Positions 9,130 to 17,978 of a stretch of 38,208 nt of DNA are shown here, piece by piece. The DNA is taken from positions 1 to 38,208 of the forward strand of contig SOJG01000099.1 in assembly GCA_004375885.1 (NCBI GenBank), given 5' to 3'. How positions within the stretch are numbered: position 1 is the stretch's first letter; the number at the start of each line of letters is the position of its first letter. The notes below the pieces were generated by a model. The model saw only the letters and a list, made by a program, of their open reading frames with translations, was not told the origin of the DNA and ran no database searches. The DNA is from Dehalococcoidia bacterium. GTDB taxonomy: Bacteria; Chloroflexota; Dehalococcoidia; GIF9; AB-539-J10. Both the position numbers and the translations under genes were made by a program.

Positions 9130-11808
9130 CTACATATCAGCCGACGGCGAACTCAGCCGGGACAACTCCCGGCGTAACCTTTCCAATTTGTCTTCGAGCA
9201 TGGCTAGCTTTTGTTTCTCCCCTTCAACAACCTGAGACGGTGCTTTACCTAAGAAGGCTTCATCTCTTAGTCTTGCTTCGAGTCGGGCAATTCTTGCTCT
9301 GATTTCGTCGCTTTCCTTTACCAGCCGCTGTTCTTCAGCAAGCCGGTCCGCCAGGCCCGCCAATGGCAGAACCACCTCGGCCTCCTTCAACACCAGGACT
9401 AAGGCCTTATCTTTGATAGCCTCCCTTTCCCGGCGATCAAGTATCGTTAGGGGTCGCACTTTGGCTGTTGTCTCTATTATATTCGCCTGTGCGATAAGAC
9501 CACCAAGAAGCTCGCCAGCATATACTCGGGCCTCAATCCATTTGCCTGGCATTACCTTGTGTTCAGCCCGAACGTGACGGATAGAGCGCACGATCTCTAT
9601 CAGCGAATCCATGACGCGCTCCGCCTCTGGCGCAAAGGCCTTATGGTCAGCAAGGGGATAGGGAGCGATCATTATGGAAGCCGGCATCTCGTCCTTGGTA
9701 GGTAGATGCTGCTTCAGGCTTTGCCAGAGTTCTTCGGTGACAAAGGGCATGAAGGGATGCAGGAGACGCAGTGATTTCTCCAATGTGTTGATCAAGAAGG
9801 GTAGAGGCGAAGGGGTTGACTGGCTACGAAGCCTTATTTTGGCAGCTTCAATGTACCAATCACAAAACACAGACCAGAGAAAATCGTGAATCTCCTGCTC
9901 TGCCTCACCGAATCGGAACTCCTCCATCAACTCGGTAGCATCGCCAATGAGACGGTTCAGCCGGCTATTAATCCATTGGTCTTCTATTCTCCGTGGCTGC
10001 AACTCCATGGCATCTGCGTCCAGCCTTTCAGAATGCATGGCCTGAAGGATGAACCTGGTGGCATTCCACAGCTTGTTGACGAAATTGCGGCCGGATTCCA
10101 GTTTGCCTGTGCTCACACTCATATCATTCCCCGGCGTACTCCCTGCGGTTAGAGCAAAACGGAGAGCGTCAACACCGTAGGTGCCTGCGGGCTCGGCGGG
10201 CCTCGTAGCATTAGCTTGCAGCTTGCTTCTGCTCATCTTCTCGCCGCTCTTATCCCGAATCAGCCCATGCAGGTAAACGGTGTGGAAAGGTACCTCGCCC
10301 ATGTTCTCCAGCCCCATCATGATCATCCTGGCAACCCAGAAGAAGAGGATGTCGTAGCCTGTTTCCATTACCGAACTGGGATAGAAATAGCGAAGATCAT
10401 CACTGTCCTCCGGCCAGCCCAGCGCAGAATGTGTCCATAGCGCTGAGCTAAACCAGGTATCAAGGACATCAGGGTCCTGGACAAGTTGTTTTGAACCACA
10501 ATGGGTGCAAGCCGTAGGTTCATCTATCGAGGCAGTTACCTTAGCACAGTCCTGACAATACCACACAGGGATACGATGCCCCCACCATAGCTGCCGGCTG
10601 ATGCACCAATCTCTGATGTGCTCCATCCAGTCGAAATATACCTTGGTGAACCGGTCGGGAACTATGGCAATTTTGCCATCTCTAACAGCATGGATCGCCG
10701 CTTCAGCCAAAGGCTGTGTTCGGACAAACCACTGCAGGCTGACTGTAGGTTCAATCATCGTTTGGCAACGGCAACAATGACCTACCGAATGAGAGTAGGG
10801 CTCGATTTTCTCCAAGAGTTTCTTGTCCCTTAGGTCACCTAACACCCTATCTCGGCAGGCAAATCTTTCCAGCCCGTGATAGGGCCCGGCGTTCTCGTTC
10901 ATTGTGGCATCCGGATTCATGACATTCACCAGGGGCAGATTGTGCCTTCGGGCTACTTCCAGATCTGTGGGATCATGAGCCGGAGTAATCTTCAATGCCC
11001 CGGTGCCGAAGGATACATCAACTGCAGCATCAGCGATTATGGCGATTGCTCTATCTATGATGGGAAGGGTGACGCTCTTCCCTATGAGATTCTTGTAGCG
11101 CTCATCTTCAGGATTGACCGCCACAGCGGTGTCACCGAGAAAAGTCTCCGGGCGGGTGGTAGCTACGGTAACGAAGCCCTCGCTTTCAGTAAGCGGATAG
11201 CGAATGTAGTAAAGGTGTCCGACAATATCTTTATGCTCAACTTCGAGGTCGGAGAGGGCAGTTCGGCAGCGGGGACACCAGTTTATCATGCGCTCACCGC
11301 GATAGATTAAGCCCTTGTCGTATAGATGCGCGAAGGCAGTCCGTACTGCTTTGCTCGGCCCTTCATCCAGGGTGAATTTCTCTCTGGTCCAATCACAGGA
11401 AGCCCCCAGCAGCTGATGTTGACGCCTGATATCATCCCTGTTCTTATCGGCCCATTTCAAGATCAGCCTTGTGAATTCCTCTCGACCAATCTCCTCCTTG
11501 GTCTTGCCTTGCCTAGCCAGTTGCCGCTCCACAACAACCTGAGTGGCAATGCCGGCGTGGTCCGTCCCCGGTAACCATAAGGTGGGCTCCCCCATCATCC
11601 TGTGCCACCTAGTCATGATATCCTGCAGTGTCACAAAGAGAGCATGTCCCAGGTGGAGGTCACCAGTGACATTAGGAAGCGGCATAACAATGACAAAAGG
11701 CTTCCTATCAGGGTCTATTCTGGGGGTAAAGTAGCCCTGCCCCAGCCAGAAATCGTACCACTTCTTTTCTATCTGTCCTGGCTCGTAGGCTTTAGGTATT
11801 TCGGACAT
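9130..11808 (-). CDS. valS: Valine--tRNA ligase
   Basis: 892 aa. Class I HIGH motif (PNVTGDLHLGHAL), KMSKS variant (EKMSRSK), an editing-domain region, and the C-terminal coiled coil typical of ValRS. Confidence 0.95.
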   Translation of the reverse strand: MSEIPKAYEPGQIEKKWYDFWLGQGYFTPRIDPDRKPFVIVMPLPNVTGDLHLGHALFVTLQDIMTRWHRMMGEPTLWLPGTDHAGIATQVVVERQLARQGKTKEEIGREEFTRLILKWADKNRDDIRRQHQLLGASCDWTREKFTLDEGPSKAVRTAFAHLYDKGLIYRGERMINWCPRCRTALSDLEVEHKDIVGHLYYIRYPLTESEGFVTVATTRPETFLGDTAVAVNPEDERYKNLIGKSVTLPIIDRAIAIIADAAVDVSFGTGALKITPAHDPTDLEVARRHNLPLVNVMNPDATMNENAGPYHGLERFACRDRVLGDLRDKKLLEKIEPYSHSVGHCCRCQTMIEPTVSLQWFVRTQPLAEAAIHAVRDGKIAIVPDRFTKVYFDWMEHIRDWCISRQLWWGHRIPVWYCQDCAKVTASIDEPTACTHCGSKQLVQDPDVLDTWFSSALWTHSALGWPEDSDDLRYFYPSSVMETGYDILFFWVARMIMMGLENMGEVPFHTVYLHGLIRDKSGEKMSRSKLQANATRPAEPAGTYGVDALRFALTAGSTPGNDMSVSTGKLESGRNFVNKLWNATRFILQAMHSERLDADAMELQPRRIEDQWINSRLNRLIGDATELMEEFRFGEAEQEIHDFLWSVFCDWYIEAAKIRLRSQSTPSPLPFLINTLEKSLRLLHPFMPFVTEELWQSLKQHLPTKDEMPASIMIAPYPLADHKAFAPEAERVMDSLIEIVRSIRHVRAEHKVMPGKWIEARVYAGELLGGLIAQANIIETTAKVRPLTILDRREREAIKDKALVLVLKEAEVVLPLAGLADRLAEEQRLVKESDEIRARIARLEARLRDEAFLGKAPSQVVEGEKQKLAMLEDKLERLRRELSRLSSPSADM

Positions 11809-11856
11809 TTCTAGTGGCCTTCCTTGTTAAGGTTGTGGGATTACGGGACAACCCAC

Positions 11857-11885
11857 TGTCATTCTGAGCGGAGCGAAGAATCTCT
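11857..11885. repeat. Short GC-rich intergenic repeat of the widespread type that translates as ...HSERSEES...
   Basis: tgtcattctgagcggagcgaagaatctct. From memory, this motif recurs in many bacterial genomes and metagenomes. It shares tgagc...ggagcgaa with the element at 37945-37986. Confidence 0.3.
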
Positions 11886-12076
11886 CGAGAGAGTATTCGC
11901 TTGGCCTTTCATTGCCAGGTCTCTGTCGGCGTGGATGATTAAGCATAGAGCTTCCTTAAGGTTTTCCCTCACCTCCTTCAAAGTCTTCCCCTGGGTATTT
12001 ACACCTGGAAGCTCTCCTACATAACCGATATACCGGTGGCCAGTTTCTCGACAACGCTGGTGAACTCTCGTGGCAT
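11859..12076 (-). pseudogene. Frameshifted HicB-like (UPF0150) antitoxin-family remnant
   Basis: The ATG at 12076 opens MPREFTSVVEKLATGISVM and then stops. A second frame continues ...CRETGHRYIGYVGELPGVNTQGKTLKEVRENLKEALCLII...SE*, ending at 11859. This is the characteristic HicB/UPF0150 core but has no start codon of its own, so a 1-nt indel near codon 8-10 is implied. Confidence 0.5.
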
Positions 12077-12109
12077 CTTTGCTCCCACTGCTTAACTATA
12101 TCCTTGATT

Positions 12110-13603
12110 TTAGGCTATTCTCAGGCGATAGCGTTTGTTTAGTTCAATGACTTCGATTATGACCTTGTCTCCCGGTTTGAGCTCTGGATGCGCTTTGAAC
12201 CATTTGGGCAATCCTTTGCGAAGTTCCAGGCTATTGCTAGAGCCGCTGCGACAGAGTCCCGCGTTGGTTTGAATCTCACCTATGTTAGTGACAAATGTGA
12301 ATGCTGCCTTGAACTTGGGAAACAAGCGCCTGTACCTTTTCTTGATGGGAATATACTTCCGGGCGATATGTCCTTCTCGTAGTTCAACCTCTATACCAGT
12401 CGTCGACTTTCTGCCCCTCTTAGCTAAGAATTCAACCACCTTATCCAAGATTTTATCAGCTACTTCCCTTTTCGGCAGAAGAGGCAAGTTATCAATCTTG
12501 CCTTCACGGTCAATTATGGTTACCCGATTGCTGTCGGCGCCGAACCCACTATCACTGGCTGTAATGTCATTGGCCACGATAAGGTCGAGTCCCTTTTGCT
12601 TTAGCTTGTGCCTGGCATTTTCCACCAGGTTGCTGCTCTCAGCGGCGAAGCCTACCTTGATGAGCTTCCCTTTCACAGTGCCCAGAATGTCCGGGGTACA
12701 CTCCAGTTCCAAGGTTAGCCTCGCCTCTCCTTTCTTGATCTTGTCCTTAGCTGCTCTTGTCGGGCGATAATCAGCTACCGCGGCAGCCATAACCAGAGCG
12801 TCAGCTCTCGGAGCTATGTTCTCCACTGCTTGGAGCATTTCCTGGGCCGTGCCCACCTTAATGACGCCGACGCCCGGAGGTTCAGTTAACAAGGCAGGTG
12901 CCGTGATTAATGATACTTGCGCGCCCCGGTCACGCGCAGCCTCGGCCAGAGCATAGCCCATTTTCCCTGACGAGCGGTTACTGATGTAGCGAACCGGGTC
13001 GATAGGCTCTTGAGTACCACCGGCCGTAACCACGATGTGCTTACCAGCCAGGTCTCTGCCCTTTCCCAGCACCTCACAGATGCTGCCTATGATATCGCTG
13101 ATATCAGCAAGTCGCCCCACACCTTCCTTGCCCGAGGCTAACCAGCCCGCAGATGGACCGATAATCACGAAATTGCGAGCCCTCAGTTTAGAAAGATTAT
13201 CCCGGGTAACCGGATTAGTGTACATGTTCGTTTCCATAGCTGGTGCTATGACTACTGGTGCCTTGGTAGCCAGCACCGTGCAGCAGAGCATGTCATCAGC
13301 AATACCAGCAGCCAGCTTGGCTATAATATTGGCTGTAGCAGGGGCGATAACTACTATGTCAGCAGCTGCCGCCAGGGAGACGTGTTCAATACTGAATTCC
13401 GAGGCTAAGTCAAACATCTCAGTAACTACAGGCCTGCCCGTAAGAGCCCGGAAGGTGACAGGTGATACGAACTGAATGGCTTCCTCCGTCATAATCACAT
13501 TCACCTTTGCTCCTGCCTGAACTAGCTGGCTGGCTATCTCCGCCGCCTTGTAGGCAGCAACGCTCCCTGTTATCCCCAAAACTATGGTCTTATTGCCAAG
13601 CAT
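12110..13603 (-). CDS. coaBC: Bifunctional phosphopantothenoylcysteine decarboxylase / phosphopantothenate--cysteine ligase (CoaBC) with an extra C-terminal domain of about 100 aa
   Basis: N-terminal flavoprotein domain (GITGSVAAYKA) and CoaB ligase motifs ISNRSSGKMG and AAAVADYRP. The start overlaps the coaX stop (TAATG). Residues about 396-497 lie beyond the canonical end (see findings). Confidence 0.9.
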   Translation of the reverse strand: MLGNKTIVLGITGSVAAYKAAEIASQLVQAGAKVNVIMTEEAIQFVSPVTFRALTGRPVVTEMFDLASEFSIEHVSLAAAADIVVIAPATANIIAKLAAGIADDMLCCTVLATKAPVVIAPAMETNMYTNPVTRDNLSKLRARNFVIIGPSAGWLASGKEGVGRLADISDIIGSICEVLGKGRDLAGKHIVVTAGGTQEPIDPVRYISNRSSGKMGYALAEAARDRGAQVSLITAPALLTEPPGVGVIKVGTAQEMLQAVENIAPRADALVMAAAVADYRPTRAAKDKIKKGEARLTLELECTPDILGTVKGKLIKVGFAAESSNLVENARHKLKQKGLDLIVANDITASDSGFGADSNRVTIIDREGKIDNLPLLPKREVADKILDKVVEFLAKRGRKSTTGIEVELREGHIARKYIPIKKRYRRLFPKFKAAFTFVTNIGEIQTNAGLCRSGSSNSLELRKGLPKWFKAHPELKPGDKVIIEVIELNKRYRLRIA

Positions 13604-14373
13604 TACTGCTCCCTATTCATTTCATAGATGAGCCGCAATCCAATCAAGGTTAGATTGGGATTTACTACGTCTATCTCTGCGATTTCTTCGGCAAAAGGAT
13701 AAGCTTGCCCGCCGGTGGCCACCACCTTGGCCTTGCTTCCCAATTCCTGCTCTATTCGCCGGATCATGCCTTCAATGAGGTCAATGTAGCCAAATATGAT
13801 ACCCGATTGCATAGCTGAGATAGTATTTCTGCCGATGACTTGCTTGGGGCGGACCAGCTCTATGCGAGGCAACACGGCAGTGCGGGCAAACAATGCCTCA
13901 CTAGCTATAGCAATGCCCGGGGCAATAGCCCCGCCAAGATAGTCACCTTCCTGTGAAACCACATCGAAGGTGGTAGCAGTGCCAAGATCAATGATTATCA
14001 ACGGTTTTCCGTACAGGTTTTGGGCAGCCACAGCATTGACCACCCGGTCAGGGCCGACCTCACGAGGATTCTCCAGTCGGATGCGCATGCCAGTCTTCAC
14101 ACCAGCTTCCACAACCAGAGGCTTGGTAGCCAAGTATCTGTTACACAGTTCTACGAATGTGTGCAGCAGCGGTGGCACGACACCGCATAATACTACTCCG
14201 GTAACCTTTGATGGCGAGACGCCTTGTCGCTCCATAAGATTGAGCACCACCCCACCATACTCGTCTGGAGTGCGATGAATGCCGGTCGCTAGATTCCAAG
14301 TAGCTTTCAGCTCATCGTCATCAAATACACCCAGCGTGATGTTGGTGTTTCCGATATCAATGGCTAATAACAT
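13603..14373 (-). CDS. coaX: Type III pantothenate kinase
   Basis: 256 aa. MLLAIDIGNTNITLGVF, DLGTATTFD and VATGG motifs of the CoaX/ASKHA fold. GAGGA RBS. Confidence 0.9.
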   Translation of the reverse strand: MLLAIDIGNTNITLGVFDDDELKATWNLATGIHRTPDEYGGVVLNLMERQGVSPSKVTGVVLCGVVPPLLHTFVELCNRYLATKPLVVEAGVKTGMRIRLENPREVGPDRVVNAVAAQNLYGKPLIIIDLGTATTFDVVSQEGDYLGGAIAPGIAIASEALFARTAVLPRIELVRPKQVIGRNTISAMQSGIIFGYIDLIEGMIRRIEQELGSKAKVVATGGQAYPFAEEIAEIDVVNPNLTLIGLRLIYEMNREQ

Positions 14374-14474
14374 CGGTCCTCAGCTTTATCTTTGTCCTTC
14401 CGGCCTGAGAAGCCGAGTATAGCACTCCTATCTAATCCGTGCTACTACGAGGCGCCAGACCAAGAAGACTGGCA

Positions 14475-14972
14475 TTAGCTAGTGATACGATTTATGCCAC
14501 CCTCTGCCTGCAAGCTCTGTAACTTCTTAACCATCGCCTGCCAGTGCGTGCCCTGCCAGTAGATACGATGGCAGGCAGGACATTCCGTATACTGAGTTTG
14601 AGTTCCAAAGACACGAGCAGGAACCCGGTTTCGCACTTCTTCCTTCTCCCGAGACATTAGTGCCTGATTACATTCCAGACACAGTGAGAAAGGCTTGAAA
14701 TGATAATTCAAGCTCAGCATTGCCACAACTTCCTGCACCTGGAGTCGAGGGTCATCCTCTTTGAGGAGTATGGCTCTAAGTTTGCCTTCTGTGATAAGAC
14801 GCCTTCTCACGAGTTCAGCGTCTTTGGTCAGAATCACCCTGTCCTCACTAAGAGCTGTTTCAATCATGTGACCATCATCTTTTTGCCTGAACAGCACGGT
14901 ATCATAGCCCATCATTCTTAACCATCGGGCCAGTTTGCCAACATTGTTATCTGCGATGAATTTGATCTCCAT
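14475..14972 (-). CDS. Mut7-C (DUF82) PIN-like RNase domain protein with C-terminal zinc ribbon
   Basis: 165 aa. FIADNNVGKLARWLRMMGYDT N-terminus, then CLEC...CPAC and YWQGTHW, typical of the Mut7-C family. Confidence 0.8.
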   Translation of the reverse strand: MEIKFIADNNVGKLARWLRMMGYDTVLFRQKDDGHMIETALSEDRVILTKDAELVRRRLITEGKLRAILLKEDDPRLQVQEVVAMLSLNYHFKPFSLCLECNQALMSREKEEVRNRVPARVFGTQTQYTECPACHRIYWQGTHWQAMVKKLQSLQAEGGINRITS

Positions 14973-15161
14973 AGATAGATTGTAGAGACCGAAGGTAGCT
15001 GATCAGGCTGGAAGGTTTACGGGGCTCGCCATGACAGATTGTGGCAAAACGCGACCAACAACCGCAGTCTTCACCTATTTTAGCATTGATTGCCTGCCCG
15101 AAGTACCTGCTGCCACTCAACCATTTAGATCGTTCACATCGAGTCTGCATGACTCAGCCCA

Positions 15162-15190
15162 TTGACAGCAGAGGCATTTTCCTGTATCTT
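15162..15190 (+). promoter_or_regulatory. Candidate sigma70-type promoter for etfBA
   Basis: TTGACA (15162-15167), a 17-nt spacer, then TATCTT (15185-15190). This lies about 33 nt upstream of the etfB ATG, with AAGGAGG in between. Confidence 0.45.
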
Positions 15191-15222
15191 GTGGCCGCAA
15201 AAATCTTCAAGGAGGTTAGGGA

Positions 15223-16023
15223 ATGCCAATCAATATGATTGTCTGCTGCAAGCAAGTGCCCGATCCTGAAGCACCCCCGGCGGTGTTTAAGGTGGCAAAC
15301 AACAAAATGACCTTGCCGCCAGACGTGAAACCTGTGATCGGCCAATACGAGGAATTCGCCCTGGAAGCTGCCCTCAGGATCAAGGATACAGTGGGAGGCA
15401 AGATTACGGCGCTCAGCGTAGGTAATAACTTCATTCGCGATGTGATTAAGAAAGCGTTAGCCGTGGGAGGAGATGAGCTGATTCTTCTTGAGGATGAAGC
15501 TTTTGATGGGGGTGATAGCTGGTCGACTGCCAATGCCATGGCCATGGCAATAAAAAAAATAGGGGAATATGACCTCATCTTCTGCGGGCGGCAGTCCTCG
15601 GACTGGGACGCCGGGCAGGTGGGCCTGGGAGTAGCTGAGATCTTGGGAATCCCGGCTGTAACCTTGGCCCGTAGGGTAGAGGTCACCGATGGAAAAGCAA
15701 GGGTTGAGCAAGTGATTCCCGACGGGTACCACGTTGTTGAAGTGACCCTTCCCGCCCTGATCGTAGTCACCAGTGGGTTAGGAGCGCTTCGTTATGCCAC
15801 CTTGAAAGGAATCATGGCCGCAGCTAAGAAACAGCCTGTCATCTGGAAGCCAGCCGATATCGGGCTTGAGCCCTCACAGGTTGGCGCTGCTGCCAGGCGC
15901 AGTAAGTTAGATAAGTTATTCCAACCAGTCAAGGAAGCTAAATGTGAAATAGTGGAAGGAGAGACAGCCGCAGAGGCTGGTGCTAATCTAGCCGTAAGAC
16001 TCAGGGAAGCCAAATTGCTTTGA
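15223..16023 (+). CDS. etfB: Electron transfer flavoprotein beta subunit
   Basis: 266 aa. The N-terminus IVCCKQVPDPEAP is typical of EtfB. It is followed directly by etfA. Confidence 0.9.
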   Translation: MPINMIVCCKQVPDPEAPPAVFKVANNKMTLPPDVKPVIGQYEEFALEAALRIKDTVGGKITALSVGNNFIRDVIKKALAVGGDELILLEDEAFDGGDSWSTANAMAMAIKKIGEYDLIFCGRQSSDWDAGQVGLGVAEILGIPAVTLARRVEVTDGKARVEQVIPDGYHVVEVTLPALIVVTSGLGALRYATLKGIMAAAKKQPVIWKPADIGLEPSQVGAAARRSKLDKLFQPVKEAKCEIVEGETAAEAGANLAVRLREAKLL

Positions 16024-16043
16024 CTAGAACTAAGGAGGAAACT

Positions 16044-17045
16044 ATGGCTGAATACAAAGATATACTAGTTTGTGGTGAGCTAGCAGACGGAAAGCTGGCC
16101 CCCATTACCGCTGAGTTGCTGGGGTGCGGTAGGAAGCTGGCTGATGACCTGAAAGAGGGCCTATTTTGCCTGCTGGCCAGCGATGCAGTCGGCGCGGCCT
16201 CTAAGGAAGCAATTGCCTTCGGAGCAGACAAGGTTTACGTTGTAGAACACGCCGCACTTAAAGAATACCAAGCAGACTGCTACATCCAAGTCGCCGAGAG
16301 CTTGGTCAAGGAGCTCTCTCCCAGGGTAGTCCTTATGGGGCAGACATCTATGGGTAGAGACCTGGCTCCTCGCCTTGCCTTCAGACTGGGTACCAGCCTG
16401 ACAACAGATTGTCTCGACCTGAGCATAGACACGGAAACGAAGCTATTGACGCAAACGCGCCCGGTCTATGGTGGCAATGCTCAAGCTATATTCGTTAGCG
16501 AACTCATGCCTCTGATGGTCACAGTCAGATCCAAGGCAATGTCTCCATTGGAGCGTGATGACTCAAGGAAAGGAGAGGTCATCCCTACCAAGGTTGACAT
16601 AGACACCTCCAAAGTACGGACAAAGATATTAGAGACTGTCAAGGAAGAAGCGGTCGGCATTAAGCTTGAGGATGCCCCTGTGATTGTCTGTGGAGGCAGG
16701 GGGCTGGGCGGTCCTGAGCCCTTCCAGACTACACTAAAGGAGCTAGCTGATTTGCTGCATGGTGCGGTCGGGGCCTCACGTCCTCCCGCTGATAACGGCT
16801 GGGTGTCGGAGGCGCTGCACATCGGCCTCACTGGAAAAATCGTTGCTCCTGATATCTACATTGCCATAGCTCTTTCAGGTGCTAGCCAACACACAGCTGG
16901 GTGTACGGGCTCCAAACATATCATAGCCATCAATAAGGACCCCGAGGCAAACATATTCAGGGAGGCGGAATTCGGAGTGGTGGGCAAATATGAAGAAGTG
17001 GTGCCAGCCTTAACCGGCAAGCTGAAAGAGCTATTAGCTGGCTAG
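16044..17045 (+). CDS. etfA: Electron transfer flavoprotein alpha subunit
   Basis: C-terminal FAD-binding signature IAIALSGASQHTAG. I chose the ATG at 16044, preceded by AAGGAGG. The ORF track's TTG at 16020 overlaps the etfB stop. Confidence 0.9.
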   Translation: MAEYKDILVCGELADGKLAPITAELLGCGRKLADDLKEGLFCLLASDAVGAASKEAIAFGADKVYVVEHAALKEYQADCYIQVAESLVKELSPRVVLMGQTSMGRDLAPRLAFRLGTSLTTDCLDLSIDTETKLLTQTRPVYGGNAQAIFVSELMPLMVTVRSKAMSPLERDDSRKGEVIPTKVDIDTSKVRTKILETVKEEAVGIKLEDAPVIVCGGRGLGGPEPFQTTLKELADLLHGAVGASRPPADNGWVSEALHIGLTGKIVAPDIYIAIALSGASQHTAGCTGSKHIIAINKDPEANIFREAEFGVVGKYEEVVPALTGKLKELLAG

Positions 17046-17079
17046 ACCAACACGGAAGGGTAGCCGAGGACTTGAGAAG

Positions 17080-17110
17080 CCCCGCTACGCCACCGGGGTT
17101 TCTATTTCCA
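17080..17110 (+). terminator. Possible intrinsic terminator after etfA
   Basis: CCCCG ... CGGGG, a 5-bp GC stem with a 9-nt loop, followed by TTTCTATTT. The stem is short. Confidence 0.3.
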
Positions 17111-17219
17111 GAGCACGAAGCGCACCGAACAGAGGCACGAGAGCCTGCGGAGATGAAACTCTATTGCCTCAGACACTGAAATCAGTTTCAAGGTTGGCTT
17201 GCATTTTTTACCCGCGCTC

Positions 17220-17879
17220 TTATTCCTGTCCATCCGCCTTATGCAAGAGGAGCTGATATATAAAGCCCGTGATTGGTCTATCCGCCAAATAAGATTCCAA
17301 CGGGTCTTTGTATTCAGCCCATCTTCTGAAGCCGTATCTCTCATAAAACCAGAAGCTCGCAGTCTCGTCCGTGGGTACAGAAATAGATTTGACCCCGCAT
17401 CTCAAAGCGTGATGGACGAAGCGGTCCATAAGAGCGCGTCCGATTCGTTTGCCCTGATATTTTGGGGCGACGGCGAAAAGCACAACCTCTGCTTGACCTG
17501 CAGGCATGTTTCTTCTCAGCACTCTTAGCTGGTCTAGACAGGGGTTCATAAATCTGATTAGTTTTCTCCGACTTCCGTATCTGCCAAGTAGAAACCGCAC
17601 TGAAATTAGAAGCAACCGTTTCAGCATTTGTCCCGTACTAATCAGGACAGACCTCCGCCTGACTCGCCCAAAGATGAGTCCCACCACTTCTGTAGCCGTA
17701 ACGGCAACCTCGTGGTAGTTAGCGACTGCATGGCAAGCGTCTATTTGGGCCCGCATGAATCTGCTGGCTTCTTCCCCGGCAAATCTACTGGCTTGGAGCG
17801 GAAAAGCTTCTGCTGCGATACCGGCGCAAACCGGGAGGTCTGTTCTTCGATAGTGTCGAAATGCAGTGGTGGGACTCAT
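17220..17879 (-). CDS. GNAT family N-acetyltransferase
   Basis: 219 aa. Acetyl-CoA binding motif FAVAPKYQGKRIGRALM (Q/R-x-x-G-x-G/A) and C-terminal FYERYGF. Confidence 0.8.
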   Translation of the reverse strand: MSPTTAFRHYRRTDLPVCAGIAAEAFPLQASRFAGEEASRFMRAQIDACHAVANYHEVAVTATEVVGLIFGRVRRRSVLISTGQMLKRLLLISVRFLLGRYGSRRKLIRFMNPCLDQLRVLRRNMPAGQAEVVLFAVAPKYQGKRIGRALMDRFVHHALRCGVKSISVPTDETASFWFYERYGFRRWAEYKDPLESYLADRPITGFIYQLLLHKADGQE

Positions 17880-17978
17880 AGTGCAGCCCTTCTTCTACCA
17901 CCGCCACGAGGACATATGCTTGTAACAGTCAGTGCAGCTTGAAGTGTGCAAGCTCAGTGGCGTAGCTTCCAGGCAGCC

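Noticed and set aside
11809-12109. I searched for a T-box leader upstream of valS, since aminoacyl-tRNA synthetase genes often have one.
   Set aside because: I found no T-box core (GGGTGGTACCGCG-like), no specifier-loop or AG-bulge arrangement, and no terminator/antiterminator pair with a T-tract.
15216-15770. 184-aa ORF antisense to etfB. Similar long antisense ORFs occur at 3848-4339, 6178-6666, 12282-12770, 13035-13475, 18586-19080, 21945-22517, 32101-32631 and 37298-37813.
   Set aside because: Each is fully embedded opposite a gene with strong family motifs. All have Arg/Ser/Pro-biased composition and no RBS. This is the usual stop-poor antisense frame of moderately GC-rich coding DNA.
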